Shown: positions 12,202 through 25,334 of the stretch, one piece after another | How positions within the stretch are numbered: the stretch's first letter is position 1 | Layout of the letters: each line of letters starts with the position of its first letter | NCBI GenBank assembly: GCA_965645245.1 | Contig: OZ287078.1 | Span: 62,001-126,000 of the forward strand | Origin: Massalongia carnosa | Taxonomy: Eukaryota | Direction of reading: 5' to 3' | DNA: 64,000 nt | Notes under the pieces: generated by a model | Databases searched by the model: none | The model's input: the letters and a program-made list of their open reading frames with translations, nothing else | What the model was told of the DNA's origin: nothing | Translations under genes and position numbers: made by a program

Positions 12202-15200
12202 TTAGCGACCTCGCTGACGCCCTCTACCCCTTCTAACGTTGCCTTCTCTGGGTAGTCCAGCTTCGTATTCGTCGACCAGTTCTTTGCAGTCCTTTAAGTC
12301 CTCTAGTTTGTACCAACCGTTATGTTCATGACCATAGCCTTTCCATTTGACAAGGTATTGATTTTTACCCCTTGTTATCCTTTTATTTAGTAGCTTTTCT
12401 ACCTCGTAGGCCGGATCCTGAACCTCGCCCTCTTCCTCTACAGGCGGGGGTTCTGGATTAGATAATCTACCGTATGGGTCTGGACCGGTATGAGGTTCGA
12501 GCTGAGCTATGGATATCACTGGATGTATTTTCATTGATGGAGGTAACTCTAACCGATACGCCAGATTGCCTACCTTCTCCAGGACTTTAAACGGACCTAC
12601 TCTCTGATAGGAGAGCTTTCTATTGGAAAGACCCGGAATAGTGTATCCATGATGAAGTTTAAGAAAGGCCTTGTCTCCTATTGCTATTGGTTTGTGTGAC
12701 TTGTCGTATCTAATTTTCGACATGGCTGAGGCGAAGGCCATGGCGGAATCAGCTTCCTCTCTTTTGATCATACGTAGTCTGCCGAAGTCTTCTGCTGGGA
12801 GGTCTGACAGCAGACTGACAGAGTCATTGACCTTGAAACCGTAAAGCAATTCATTTGGAGCGAAGCCGGTTGAAACATTAACGGCATTATTCATACTGGT
12901 TTGAATGAAGGGTAATATACTGACCCAGTCATTGGTTTCTCCAGTAGTAAGATGATAGCGTAGGGCAATCTCAATCGTCTGATTAGTGCGCTCCGATTGC
13001 CCATCGGTCTGCGGGTGATAGGCGGTGGAGGTAAGCATGGCTACTTTTAGCTTGGAGAATATTGTTTTCCAGAAGGATGACATGAACTTGGCATCTCTGT
13101 CACTGATGATTGCGCGTGGGATTCCCCAATCATGTTGTAAGAGCGCCACTATGACTATGTTGGCCCATTGGACTGCGTCATAAGTGGTCTTTCCTTGTAG
13201 CAATAGCACCTTTTTTGAGAACTTATCAGCGATGGTGAGAAGACTGTCATACCAGTCTGGAGGCGTCCCTGGTAATGCCACTATGAAATCCATTGCTATG
13301 GTGTGGAAGGGCATAGCCGGAGTGACAATGGGATTGAGTTCTCCATATGGTGCGTGCCTCTTGGTTTGGTTCAACTGACATTCCGGACAATGCGCTATGT
13401 ACGTTCTCAACCTTTTATTGAGGTGACGTATGTAGATCGAGTTAACTATCCGATCATAGGTTCTATGAAAGCCACCATGACTGGTCCTGTCATGAGCTTG
13501 CCTGAAGATCTCCTCCTCTAGGGAAGCGGGTATACATAATCGCTCTCGCCCATCGTCGGCTGATACGTAGTATAATAATCCATTTCTATAGCGAAAGCGA
13601 ATTCCAATGCGGGAGCCTTCTGGTGGGGTGGAATTGTCGTTCGTCAATTCGGTTGCCTCGCCTTCGTTGATTGAGGACAGGTCGCTCTCCTTTGGTTTTA
13701 TTAGGTTTAAAATCTTTTCCCAATATTCGTCATCATCGTATGCTTTTTTGAGCCTATTTTTGAACTCATCCGCCATTTCTACCAGTGTGACGTGATAGGC
13801 TACGGGAGCTAGGTCTGGTAGTAGGGAACTTAGCTCATGCTGAGCCAAGTTAACCGGGCATCCATACAAGGCTTCCAGTTCGCCTATCTTTTCAGCTGTA
13901 GATACGTCTGCTTGAAGGCGTGATAGGGCATCCGGGACGATGTTGGTTTTACCAGATTTGTGACGCAGAGTAAGATTGAATCCAGACAAGTACTGTGACG
14001 CCCGAACGAGTCTTAAGTTAAGCTTATCAGTGCTCGATGTAGTCATACTGGTTTGACGGGAGATGGGAATAGCGGCCGAGTGATCAGTGTATATGATGGT
14101 AGGTGGGCATTCTGTCGATTCTATCATGTGCCTGATTTTTCGTACAACCCATACTATGCCGGCAATCTCTAGTTCAGTCGGCCAGTAGTTCTTCTCGGCG
14201 GAGTTGAGGCACCTGCTAAGAAACATAATCGGTTCAATGTCAGCTTGGGCGGGATAAGCACTTGGAATGATGAGAATATCGCCTTTGACATGATAGATTA
14301 TAGCGGCGAATCCCCAGGATTTCGAGGCATCTAGGTCCACATAAAGACGGCGTTTGGGGCTGAAATGAACCAGAAATCTAGGAGACCTGAACGCGTCTTG
14401 CAAGTCCTTGAAGGCTAGCACTTCCTCTGTGGTCGGGTCATAGAAGAATACTCGAATAGAGTGCCGTTTACGGGCAGGACCCTTGGAACAGACCGGGAGC
14501 GTACGTGTTAGCGCGGTTTTTCGTTCTTGAAGAGGATTTGCTCTTTGAGCGTATCGCGGGATAGACGTCCGCAACCACCCGGTGAGTCCAAGGAATATTT
14601 CTAAGTCTCGTAGATTGATTGGGAACAACAGAGACGTAATAGCGGCTATTTTTTCTTCTGATGTTGACATTCCCAAGGAGTCCACGCGCTGACCGAGTAG
14701 TATGACGGATGGATAACCCAGAAATGACTTGGAAGGTGCTAGACTGACTCGTTTGAGTCGAAACGTGTCAAACAGCTGTCGTAAATGAGCTACGTGCTCT
14801 TTCAGAGTGCTGCTGAATATAATGATGTCGTCCATAAAAGCTCTAGCGAATTTACGGTACGGCCGTAGCAGCCTGTCAGTTTGTCGTTGAACATAGGGTG
14901 GAGTTCCTTTATATCCCATTAAGGCTACTCCGAATTCCTCTTGTCCCCTATGACTAACAACGGTAAGTTTGTGCCGATCCTTGTGTTGAACACTAAACTG
15001 GTAGAACCAGCCCACTGCGTCCACCGTACTGATATAAGGATAACCGGAGACCGCTGCGATGATATCGCTTTGTAAAGGCAAGGGATAGCTATCTATTTCC
15101 GTAATGTCATTTAGTCCTCTGATATCTATGACTACTCTACCCTTTCGTCCACTTGGAGTATCCTTCCACACTACGAAGCATGGATAGCTGAACGTTGTAG

Positions 15201-15463
15201 GTTGAGTGGTGAACTTAAGTTTTCCCTGTTCCTGAAGCTTATCAAAAGTTGTGTCGATACATTCTTTATCTCTTTGTCCTACCGGGTACACCTTCGCGGG
15301 CGGTTTTGGTACGACACCTGATTTCAGGTTGATGGGCATCCATTCTTCCTCCGGAATGTCCACGGTCGTACCCTGATCGATGAACACATCTTGGTATTCG
15401 GTGACAAGGTCAGAGAGCGGTTGATTCATACCGATATGGCCATAAACGGTAACTCCGTTAAAT
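12202..15463 (-). CDS. Gypsy pol portion: RT-RH-IN-chromodomain
   Basis: FMDD, DASKSWG, HGGFH/CPEC, QTDGQSER and chromodomain YEVEKLL...YLVKWKGY. In frame with the upstream gag-PR part (MKLF|NGVTVYG). Confidence 0.93.
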
Positions 15464-15905
15464 TATCAAAAGGTAGTATAGTAGATAGAGGATAGAACGC
15501 TTGCTTTTGTTCTATATAGTGGGAATAGCTAGATTTATAGACAATGTACGGTATCCTAGTATTAGACTAGCGATACGTCTAGCCATTAGCGTGCGTATAC
15601 TCGTGCGGTAGAAGGTGAGTGCGGCTGAAATGAAGTAGCCTGATTTGTAAATTCTAACACTCCCACTCAGGCACTGAAATAGCACTCCCACATGATAAAG
15701 AGAAATTCAATAACTCCCACATACTCCAGTATAATATCATGCTTCCCAGTGAATCACCTGCAGGTGAGTCAGTGTACTCCGCAGGCTAATGCTGCTGGCG
15801 ATGTACGAAAACACCCCCACAGGCTCAGCTGTGGGTGATACTTTCTTTTTTGGGGGGGTTAAGGTCGGATTTTTTACGACAAAAGGCTTCTGGTTTACTC
15901 TAAGC

Positions 15906-18900
15906 CTAAAGCCTTTCGAAAGACAACAATTTGTACTTTGGTAGGGCCTTGGTTAGGCCGTCAGCTACCTGCTCTTCGGTAGGAACATAGCGAAATTCCA
16001 CTGATTTGTCTTCGATCTTCTCTCTTTGGTAGTGCCATTGGATGTCAATATGCTTGCTCCGCGCGTGTGCCTGGGGATTTTTCGCCAAAGCCATTGCTCC
16101 TTGATTGTCGCAGTGAATGATGATAGCATTTAGGGCGAAAGATGTAGGCAAGCAGGCAAGGGCTACAGAGGTGCTCTGGGTTTGGAGAGAGTGATTCCCA
16201 GGGACTTGAGGTGCTGAAAGTTGGTCGAGAAGACTAGACAACCAGACGGCTTCCTTGGTGGCTTGAGTCTGACCCATGTACTCGGCTTCGCATGAAGATA
16301 GGGCTACGGTCGGTTGTCGTTTGGAAGACCAGCTAATAGCGCCACTACGCACATTAAACACGAAGCCAGAGGTAGACCTTCGGGTATGATGATCTCCGGC
16401 CCAATCCGCGTCGGTGTAACCGTTCAAGGATTGTGAGTGACCTTTGTATGTTGACTGCAACGGAAGAGTGCCCTTGATGTATCGAAAGATGCGTTTGACT
16501 GCCTTCCAGTGCGTGTCGGTCGGGTTCGAGGCATAGCGGCTGACCACCGATACGGCGTAGGCTAAGTCAGGCCTGGTGCCTAGCATAGCATACATGAGAG
16601 AGCCCACCGCTGATTGGTAGCGGAGGCGAGAGTCATCTGTGGCCTGATGGCCCTCTGGTGCAGCCTCCAGTCGCCCATCCATCGGGGTAGCTACGGGGTT
16701 AGTGTCCCACATGCCATGGTCGCGTAGTACTTTCTCCAGATAGGCCTGCTGACCAAGGCGAAGAATCCGATTAGCCCGATCCCGAGTTATCGTCATGCCC
16801 AGGTAATAATTGATAGGGCCTAAATCAACCATCGAGAACTCGTCGCTCAGCAGATTCTTGACACGTTGTATCTCGGAAGAAGAAGAGCCAGTGATGATTA
16901 AATCATCGACGTAAATGGCTACGATAACCCCTTCTTTAACGAAAACGCTAAGGTCGGCGTTGACTGGAACGAATTCATGAGACTTGAAAAAAGTAGTGAT
17001 CGTTTCATACCAGATTCTAGACGACTGTTTCAGGCCATAAAGAGCTTTGTTCAACTTGCAAACTCTCGTTGACCCGTCATCCAGACCGGTTGGTTGCTCC
17101 ACGCAGATTTTCTCGTCCACCCTTCCATACAAGAAGGCTGTTTTTACGTCCATTTGGTGAATTCCCCAGTCATTGGCTGCAGCGATAGCGAAGATGGCTT
17201 TATAGCTCATTGGCTTCACTACTGAAGCAAAAGTCTCATTGTAGTCAATGCTTTCACGTTGCTCAAAGCCTCTGACTACCCATCGAGCCTTGTAACGAAG
17301 AATCTCGCCAGCCGGGCCTCATTTGATTTTATAAACCCATTTGCCTCGCAGGGCTTTGCGGTCCGGGGGCAGGGAGGTGAGGATCCAGGTATCATTTTCG
17401 TTGATAGAGTCAATTTCTTCCTGCATTGCCCTTCGCCAATCCTTTTCCTCCCAACTATCTACGGCCTGCTTATAGGTTTTAGGCTCGTATGGCTCTGGGT
17501 CATTGGCTCGAGCAAGAAGTGCCAAAAGAGCTAGTGGTTCAGGCGAGGGGGCACGAAGTTTTGGGTGCTTAGAGAGAATATCTGCCTGGGACCGAGGCTC
17601 AATGGGCAGTTGGTTTGCCAATGCCTCTTGTCCAGCGTTTGATGGGAGAGGTCCAGTGGGAATTGATTCTATGGATTCATGAGCGTCGACTAAGTCCGTA
17701 TGAGGGGCGTCCGTATGATGGGCAATTTTTTGCTTTCTTGTGGGCGGTCCTGACTGTCCAACATGTAGGGCTCTTTTAGTTTGAGAGAATGATAAGGAAG
17801 GAGGAGTTGGGGGATTGTTATCTATCCACTGAACATTGGAATAACGCATGACCGCGCCCCGTGGATTTATCATTCGATAGATGTGATCGCCTTCGTATCC
17901 TACTAAAGTACATTTGGTGGCTCGTTCCTGAAATTTCTTCCATCCGGTGGAGGGCTTGCGATTTTGCGCATAGCCAGTCTGTCCTATTATCCTTAGATGT
18001 CCTAGTTCTGGTGGGCTGCCGGTGTGAGGCTCGTAGGGGGTGATGGAGCGTCCCGCAGTTGGTTGTCGATTTCTTAGGTAGTTGGCAGTGAGAACCATTT
18101 CAGCCCAATATTTGATGTCGAGTTTAGCGCCTTCTCGCATGGTGCTGGCTAACTTGTGAAGCGTTTGACATAGGCGCTCGGCTGTCCCGTTCATGGGTGG
18201 ATTTCCTGGTACGGTAGGTTCCCCCACAGTCCGATCGCAAGCGCTTAATTCGTTTGTCCCCATATTCATTTTGCTTGTAGTTTTTAAAAGCTTGAAGGAC
18301 TCCGCTTTTGACGCGCAGTAAGGTGACGTGGGACCGTTTATCGAAATCGCAAAGAAAGGTCACCATATATTTGGCGCCATTCAAGGCTTCTGGGAAAGGT
18401 CCTTGGACATCGCTGTGAATTAAGTCCAGCGGGTGCTTGCCTGGTTGGATGTGGGCCGGTGTGGTTCTACTTGGGACTGAGCGATGGCGCACGGAGGACA
18501 GGCGTCTTGGGGCGGGGGCTTGGTGAGGTCCATTCCTTTTGACATTCCAGCGAGCTTGAGAATGTTTTGATTTCCAAGATGGCCTAAACGAGCGTGCCAC
18601 ATTTTTATCGCCTCGCTATTAATTGCAGCGAGAGCGAGAGCGGCTTCAGAGACGTTCCACATATTCAGGATATACAGATTATTGTCCTGGCGGCGAGCGA
18701 TGATACCATAGTTCCCGATTTCAATTCCCTCTGGTACAATCTTCAGGGGACATCCATCTCGTTGTAATTGTCCTTGGGAGATGAGATTTAGGCCTCCGTC
18801 CGGAACGTATAACACATCGAAAAGAGGGAACTCCCGAAGACCCTCGTTACCGGCACACCGCAACATGACGTTACCTATTCCTTTGGGGATTAATACTCCT

Positions 18901-19958
18901 CCAATACCTTGAATTGGAGGGCAATCGGATGTCTTGAATGAGGTGAAGATGGAGCGATCGTGGGTAATATGTTGGCTAGTTCCAGAGTCACAGATCCAGA
19001 GCTTAGATATTTTGGTTATATCCGCGGTGGCCATGTAGGCGCAGAAGGCTCCTTTGGTTGAGTCATTGTTTCCGGTTGGCTTTTGACTTTGACCTTGACT
19101 TTTGGAATTCCTGCGACGCTTATTGGACTTACGCTGTGAGTCTTGGTTAACGAGGTGTGGATATTTTTCACGACACTCGCTCTCTACGTGATAGTCCTTT
19201 CGGCAGTGGTTGCAGTACTTGATGGTCTTGGTGATGATTCGAGAATGGGCTGTTCCGGGTTGAGCTCCTGCTTGGGTTTGAGCGTTTGAAACAGCTGCCA
19301 TTGCGATTACGGCCTTATCGCTGGACTTGCTTGGGTTGGTCACCGTGTTTTGGAAATGCTGCATTGCCTGACTTAACGTGTGCTTGGGTTCACCCATTTC
19401 ATTGAAAGGATCATGATCCTGAGCGTATCGTTCGAAATAGCTGTTGTATTCGAAGCCTAAATTGGTATGGAAGCGATAGATAAGCCAGTTTTCGTCCAGG
19501 CTTAGCTTGCTTGAGAAGGTGCGAAGCTTATTGACCGTGGCGCGAAATTGGGAAACGTAGTCTGCAGGGCTGCTGCAATCCGATAGGATAAGGTTGTCTA
19601 ATTTTCTGAAGGTGTCATTGAGGAATCCCGAACCGCGAGGCTTATAGTTTGACTCAAGCAGGTCCCAGGCGACGGAAGCAGTAGTATGGTCTTCTATATC
19701 GGTGTAGGCATTTCCTTCACAAGCTAATCGAAGAGCAGTGCAGGCCTTATCTTGGCCATTTTTCCATTTTTTGAAGCCATCATTGGGAGCGTTTGGGCGT
19801 GGTGCAGCTTCGGTGTTATCACAATAGATCCAAAGATCTATCATTTTGAGGCAATCTCGCATGGCTCGCTTCCATGCTGGATAACCCTCGTGGTCCACTA
19901 GCTTAGGGATCCTATCAATAGCGCTATAGGACCCCGATCCAGAGATTTTTTCACTCAT
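15906..19958 (-). pseudogene. Copia gag-pol with frameshifts, an integrase deletion and a nonsense codon
   Basis: Four ORF pieces: gag/PR CDSG, IN, and RT IYVDD with RH. Frameshift ~18460, deletion at RSDCGG|EPTVP (~18220), TGA at 17319. Confidence 0.9.
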
Positions 19959-20558
19959 GATGGAAAGGGTTTATTGGAAGAGCTTGATGGATTGTCCTTG
20001 TTAACGGACTGGCTTGAACTGGTGTTTGATTGTACCGGATTCCGACGGAGTGCTATTATAAGTGCTTGGTGACTTGGTTCTGGCTCTTAGATCGAAAGGA
20101 TCACAGTCGCTGGGCGGTTCTAGGTCCGATTATGATGTGGACCGACCGGGAGTGACTGGAGGCTCAGGGATGATGGTACAAAGCAATCCAATTTTGATTG
20201 ATCTGAGTTATCCTCTAAGAGAAAAGCAACGATTTCCGCACTAGCCGCCTGTAATGTTGTGAATCCCGTTCAAGCCTTGTTGCCGGCCTATTATTTGGTT
20301 GAGGCTCTGAGAGTCATTGGATCTCGGCAAGAGTGCCACGTAGGAATGGGGCAGTGATTGATATAATAGATCTAAATGCAGAAGCAGATGCAGGTGCAAA
20401 GATAGATTTGAGGCGTTTAGTTGTGCCTTTGGGATTGATAAATCGAGAGCGTTTTTTGTTGCTCGAAGCCATAATCCTGCAGTCTTATAACTGATACGCA
20501 GATGCTGACTATGAATAGAGGGCAAAATCGATGGTAGGGAGATTTGGTTTCATCCCAA

Positions 20559-20892
20559 TGGATGTCACATTCCTGGTTTTTTGTTGGGAACGTAGATCAT
20601 CCGAGACATCTGGATGTCACAATCCCAGTTTTTTGTTGGAAATGTAGATCATCCGAGACATCGAAGTGAATGTCACATTTCCGGTTTTTTATTGGAAATG
20701 TAGATCATCCGAGACACCTGGATGTCACATTCCCGATTTTTTGTTGGGAATGTAGATCATCCGAGACATCAAAGTGAAGTGGATGTCACATTCCCGGTTT
20801 TTTATTGGGAACGTAGATCATCCGAGACATCTGGAGTCACATTCCCGGTTTTTTGTTGGGAATGTAGATCATCCGAGACATCGAAACGAAGT
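20559..20892. repeat. six ~51-60-bp tandem hairpin repeats in the Copia 2 leader
   Basis: Unit approximately GGATGTCACATTCCCGGTTTTTTGTTGGGAATGTAGATCATCCGAGACATC, with alternating short and long linkers. Confidence 0.93.
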
Positions 20893-21355
20893 GCAAGGAG
20901 GTGCCTGTTAAAATAAAATATTTGTTAGCGTTCGTCTAGTAAGGGGCAAAGAAGAAGCCGGGCGCCTGATAGTAGTGCTTAGCCATCTCAAACACTGCCG
21001 ACTGTTTCATATGTGTCGATTTTTGTCGGATATTTTTGTAGGAGATTATTCGCGACGGTAATTGTTTGCGACGGTAAGGAGGCTTGTGTTAGGGTAGGTA
21101 AAGTAAGACAAGCAAACACATGTAAAGAGGCGCCCTGCGGCCGGGCTCATAACCTATCAAAAGGTAGTATAGTAGATAGAGGATAGAACGCTTGCTTTTG
21201 TTCTATATAGTGGGAATAGCTAGATTTATAGACAATGTACGGTATCCTAGTATTAGACTAGCGATACGTCTAGCCATTAGCGTGCGTATACTCGTGCGGT
21301 AGAAGGTGAGTGCGGCTGAAATGAAGTAGCCTGATTTGTAAATTCTAACATAAAT

Positions 21356-24300
21356 AGCTTCATCTCCATATCGGGAGCTATAACTGAGGTGGGTTTTATC
21401 GAAGTGGTGGTATCAACACCGATTGTGCCACTAGATGATACGGATGTGGCATAAGCCGTAGCCATTAAGGCCGCTCCCTTTGTGATTAATGATCTTATAG
21501 ATCTTCCAGTCTTCCATCCTGACGTAGCTAGATGGGCTTCCGCTGGTAATGTCATGTAGCATCCATGGTGCGTGTATTCTACCACTGATCCTAGGCGAGC
21601 TCTCTTCGGAAGAACCACCGGAGTGCTGGTAGCGTTATGAATGTTTACCCATGATAGGTCAGTGTCTACTATGTGGGCGAAAACGCCTCCCTCATGCCCC
21701 AAGTCATGACTGGCTGCAAGCTGTGGTTCGAAGAGAAAATCTCTGTCATCTGGTAACTGTCCATTGAAAGTGACTGGTACGCGCATGGTCCTTCCAGGAA
21801 GAACAGTGAAGGCATTCTTAGATCGGATCGTGCGCTTGATGTGTGGAGCAACACGGGCACGACTGTTGATGGGTATCTTGATGCCCTTGCAACTATCGAT
21901 CGTCATGATCTGCTTCCCTAAGTCTAAGGTCATACCTTGAGGCGTCATGACGTCGTTTCCTATGAGTAGATTGACTTTCAGGTCATCTACTATGTGGACC
22001 TCGATGATTATTACGCCGGTAGCAGGACCATCCTTGGAGATTCCATCAAGATTTACCTGTACAAGAGCTACTTCATCTGTTCTTACCTCGCCTTTACCTA
22101 CTCCACGAATAGGAACCGGAGATGCCATTCTAGTGATGACGAGATCCGGAACATGCTTCTGTAGATAAGCACGATCTCCCATAGTAACCGAAGTTCCGGA
22201 ATCCAAGCATATTTCTGACATCAGAGCGGAGCTTCCATAGGATACTTGAGCGGTAGCATAGTGATAACCTCGAAAGGCATATCCAACACCCTTGGTTTTA
22301 TCAGGGCTGATAGTTGACATTATTTTCTGTCTAAGATCGGTAGAGGAGGGTGATGTTTTTACGACCGCTAAGTTAGGTGAAAGCTTATCCTTGGCGACTG
22401 TAGTCATCATGCTGACTGTAGTCAGCGTATCCTCCGTTTGAGACCAGCAGTCCTTTCGTAGATGGCGAAATAGTTTATTCCTTGATGAGAAGGAGGCCGC
22501 ACATCTTGTGCAGAGAAAAATACTTGGTTCGACCGGAACAACAAAATTTGATGTTTCCTCATACTGGTATGGGTACTCTTCTTCCGAAAACTCCTGCTCG
22601 TTCCGTTCTTCTGCAAAGTGTGTTCCTAGCTCTTTCTCGTAGTTCCCGTAATCATCCTCGAGCTCCTCTGAGACCGAAGTCTGATATGCCTTCTGTTGAG
22701 GTCTTACGTGGTCAGACCAAGTACCACGATTAGACCCTGGTTGCTGCTGCGGGTTCGTCATGGGACGAAGAGGTTGTCTAGGACCTCCGGGTGCGTTTGA
22801 AGGTACGTCCGCGATCTGAGGACGTTGGAACTGATTGGAGGGTACAGAAGCTGGGGCTCTTGCGTTTACGTTGGATAGGTTGTTCTGATAGCGAGGATCT
22901 TGTCGTGTCTGTTGTGAATATCCGTTGTGTTGGAAGCCACCATTGGGTGTACCCAGATATCTTTTGTCGAAGTATCCCTGTAATTGCTGAGGCATGTAAG
23001 TCTGACCAGTTTGCGGAATACGATAAGATTCTCTATAAGGAAACTGATGCTGATCCTGAAAAAGCGACTTGTTCTGTTGAAAAGGCACTTGAAAAGGCCG
23101 TTGAAATGAACGAGAAAGAGACTGAGAAGGTCCTCCTCTTGTTTCGAACTTACTAGGTTGAATACGAGTGACCGGATGAGAGCGAGGTGCCTTGGCCCGA
23201 GCCCACCAGTCATGCTTACACTCATCCATGTCCTGAAGAAATTCGCTCAAGGTAGTGCCTTCCTTAGGCCTACGAAGGTCGCTTTGTCGCACCTCATTGT
23301 CTATACCGTTATAGATAATGTCCAACTGATTCTGCACACTGGTCATACCAGCATCCTTCGCAGATCGAAGCATCTTTTGGGCATACTCGCGTGGTTCCCG
23401 TCGATTAGCCGCGTCACGAATGGTGTACTTCTCATGTAAGATGGCATCCATAGCTATGTTGGATGGCTGCTGGAACCTCCGTAAGAGTAACCTCTCCCAT
23501 TGGCCTATCGATGTGTCTCGGCTGCCTGCTAGCTTGGTCATCTCCCGCTTATCGTCATCCAACTCACTGTGCCACCACTCCAATGCTTCGCCCTGTAAAC
23601 ACATCCACAGATTATTTCTCACTACGGCAGCACCCTTGGTGATGGCCATTTCCTTAGCCCTCTGGACAAAGAGATGAACGTCTCGGAAGTAAGTCTTGGT
23701 ACCGTCATGTTCTATAGCGTTCCCGGTGCTGATAGACTTTTCATCGTAATTGGGATCAAAAAACCCTAACTCGGAAGATACCCAACGTGATTCTCCCCGA
23801 GGAGCACCAGCAATGGATCCTCCGTCCTCTGTGGACACACCAGGGTCAGGTGGGGAAGTTTTGGCAGCGGCAACGGCATATTTGGCTAGGGCATCTTCGA
23901 CTGCCTTGTTGACCAAGGCTTCGATGTGAGCTTGGGATACAGTGGCTGCACTAGCGCTGGACCCGGCCATCTCTCTTGGTTCGATGGGTTGAGGAGTAGT
24001 GCTAGGGGGACGGTTAGTATTGTCGCGTTCCGCGAATGGCTGATAGGTTGGATGCTGTCTATGAGGCTTAGTTCTTATTCGATAGTCCTCGAAGACCGCT
24101 GTCCGGATGTCTTTTTCAGACCAGTTTGAAGGGTACGAGATAGTCTGAGAGCGTGTAACTGAACGGGTTCTGGCGCCAGAGCTTTCCGAGATCTCCCGTA
24201 AGCCTTCTGGTCGAGGAGAGACTGTAACCAGGTACTTGACAAAGCTTGCTATGCGAAGAGGTAGTTCCAAGGTCAAGCTGGGATGGTCCGCCAACAGGTC

Positions 24301-24549
24301 GTGGATCTGAAAGGTCAGAACGAGAAGATCCTCTTCCACGGGGATGGGGATGGAAGATGGAGCCAGGGTGATGGCTGTTCCAGTCAATGTACTGGTGGAC
24401 AGGCACAGTAACACGGATGAAAGATAAGGTGAAAGATGTGCAGGATAGTAAGGTCGGATGTGAATGTCTGCTAAGGCAGACCGAGCTTGGTTGAGTTCCT
24501 CAGCAAACAACTGGTGCCGGAGGACTGGCGATAGCTGAAGACGTATCAA
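21356..24549 (-). CDS. Gypsy gag + C2H2 finger + protease portion
   Basis: Gag region, CTRCAASFSSRNKLFRHLR and protease CLDSGT...LLIGND. First ATG is at 23970, but the frame is open further upstream. Confidence 0.88.
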
Positions 24550-25334
24550 TTGGTGTCTAGAAGCTATCGTACTGGAATCAAGAAATCAAAACAGTGCTAC
24601 CATTGTTGCGTCTAGGCAAGATTATACGAGTGTTGAAAGATGTTGATTAAATGAGCAAGTCTGCTCGCCTATATAAGCTTAAAATACGCTAGTCTCAATT
24701 GAGACTTCCCATAAAGGGAGCTACGACTATAGTCATAATACCATAATACCATAGCTATAACAATCACCTCCACAATCAAAAATACTAAACCTTCAATTCA
24801 ACACGATAATTTCTACAATTGATGTCGAAGTCAGACGTATGTATGAAGTAGTTGATCTGAAATTTTGAAGCATGTTTTACACTCAATATTTGGTGGAAAA
24901 ACCATGATTTTTAATCACAGCCCGACAACGATCTCGCATCGTGTTGATCCATTTCAGATGCTTATTTCCACCACCATCCCGTTCCATTCGTTCGTTCCTG
25001 CTATGAATATGTCTTTTGCATTCGTGACTAAACGAGGATATCGTTTGATCTTCTGCTTGCAGCCCCTCCACATGTACTCGATGGGATTGAGATCAGGACT
25101 CGAAGGGGGCCAGGTCATGACCTCTATCTGATGTTGTCGTAGCCACAAACGAGCCTCTTTGGAATCGTGAATGCTCGCATTGTCTTGCATGAAGATGGGA
25201 CGGTGGCCTTGTGCTTTGAGAGCTTCGTACCAAGGAAAAAGGCATGGTTCCAAGATCTGATTGATATAATCAGTGGTGGTTATCGAGTCCTTCAATAGGT
25301 CTTTGTTTTTCCCCCTCTTCATCTTCTTCAAAGT

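Larger units (their letters stand above)
15464..21350 (-). mobile_element. Ty1/Copia LTR retrotransposon 2, coding-defective
   Basis: Identical 196-bp LTRs (15464-15659, 21155-21350, TG...TA on the coding strand) and TSD TAAAT. PBS GGTTATGAGCCCGG. Confidence 0.95.
12019..24762 (-). mobile_element. Ty3/Gypsy chromodomain LTR retrotransposon, interrupted by Copia 2
   Basis: Identical 159-bp LTRs (12019-12177, 24604-24762) and TSD ATCAC. PBS TGGTAGC lies next to the 5' LTR. Confidence 0.96.

Noticed and set aside
20559..20892. CRISPR-like array of palindromic repeats
   Set aside because: No unique spacers and no cas genes; it lies inside a eukaryotic Copia leader.
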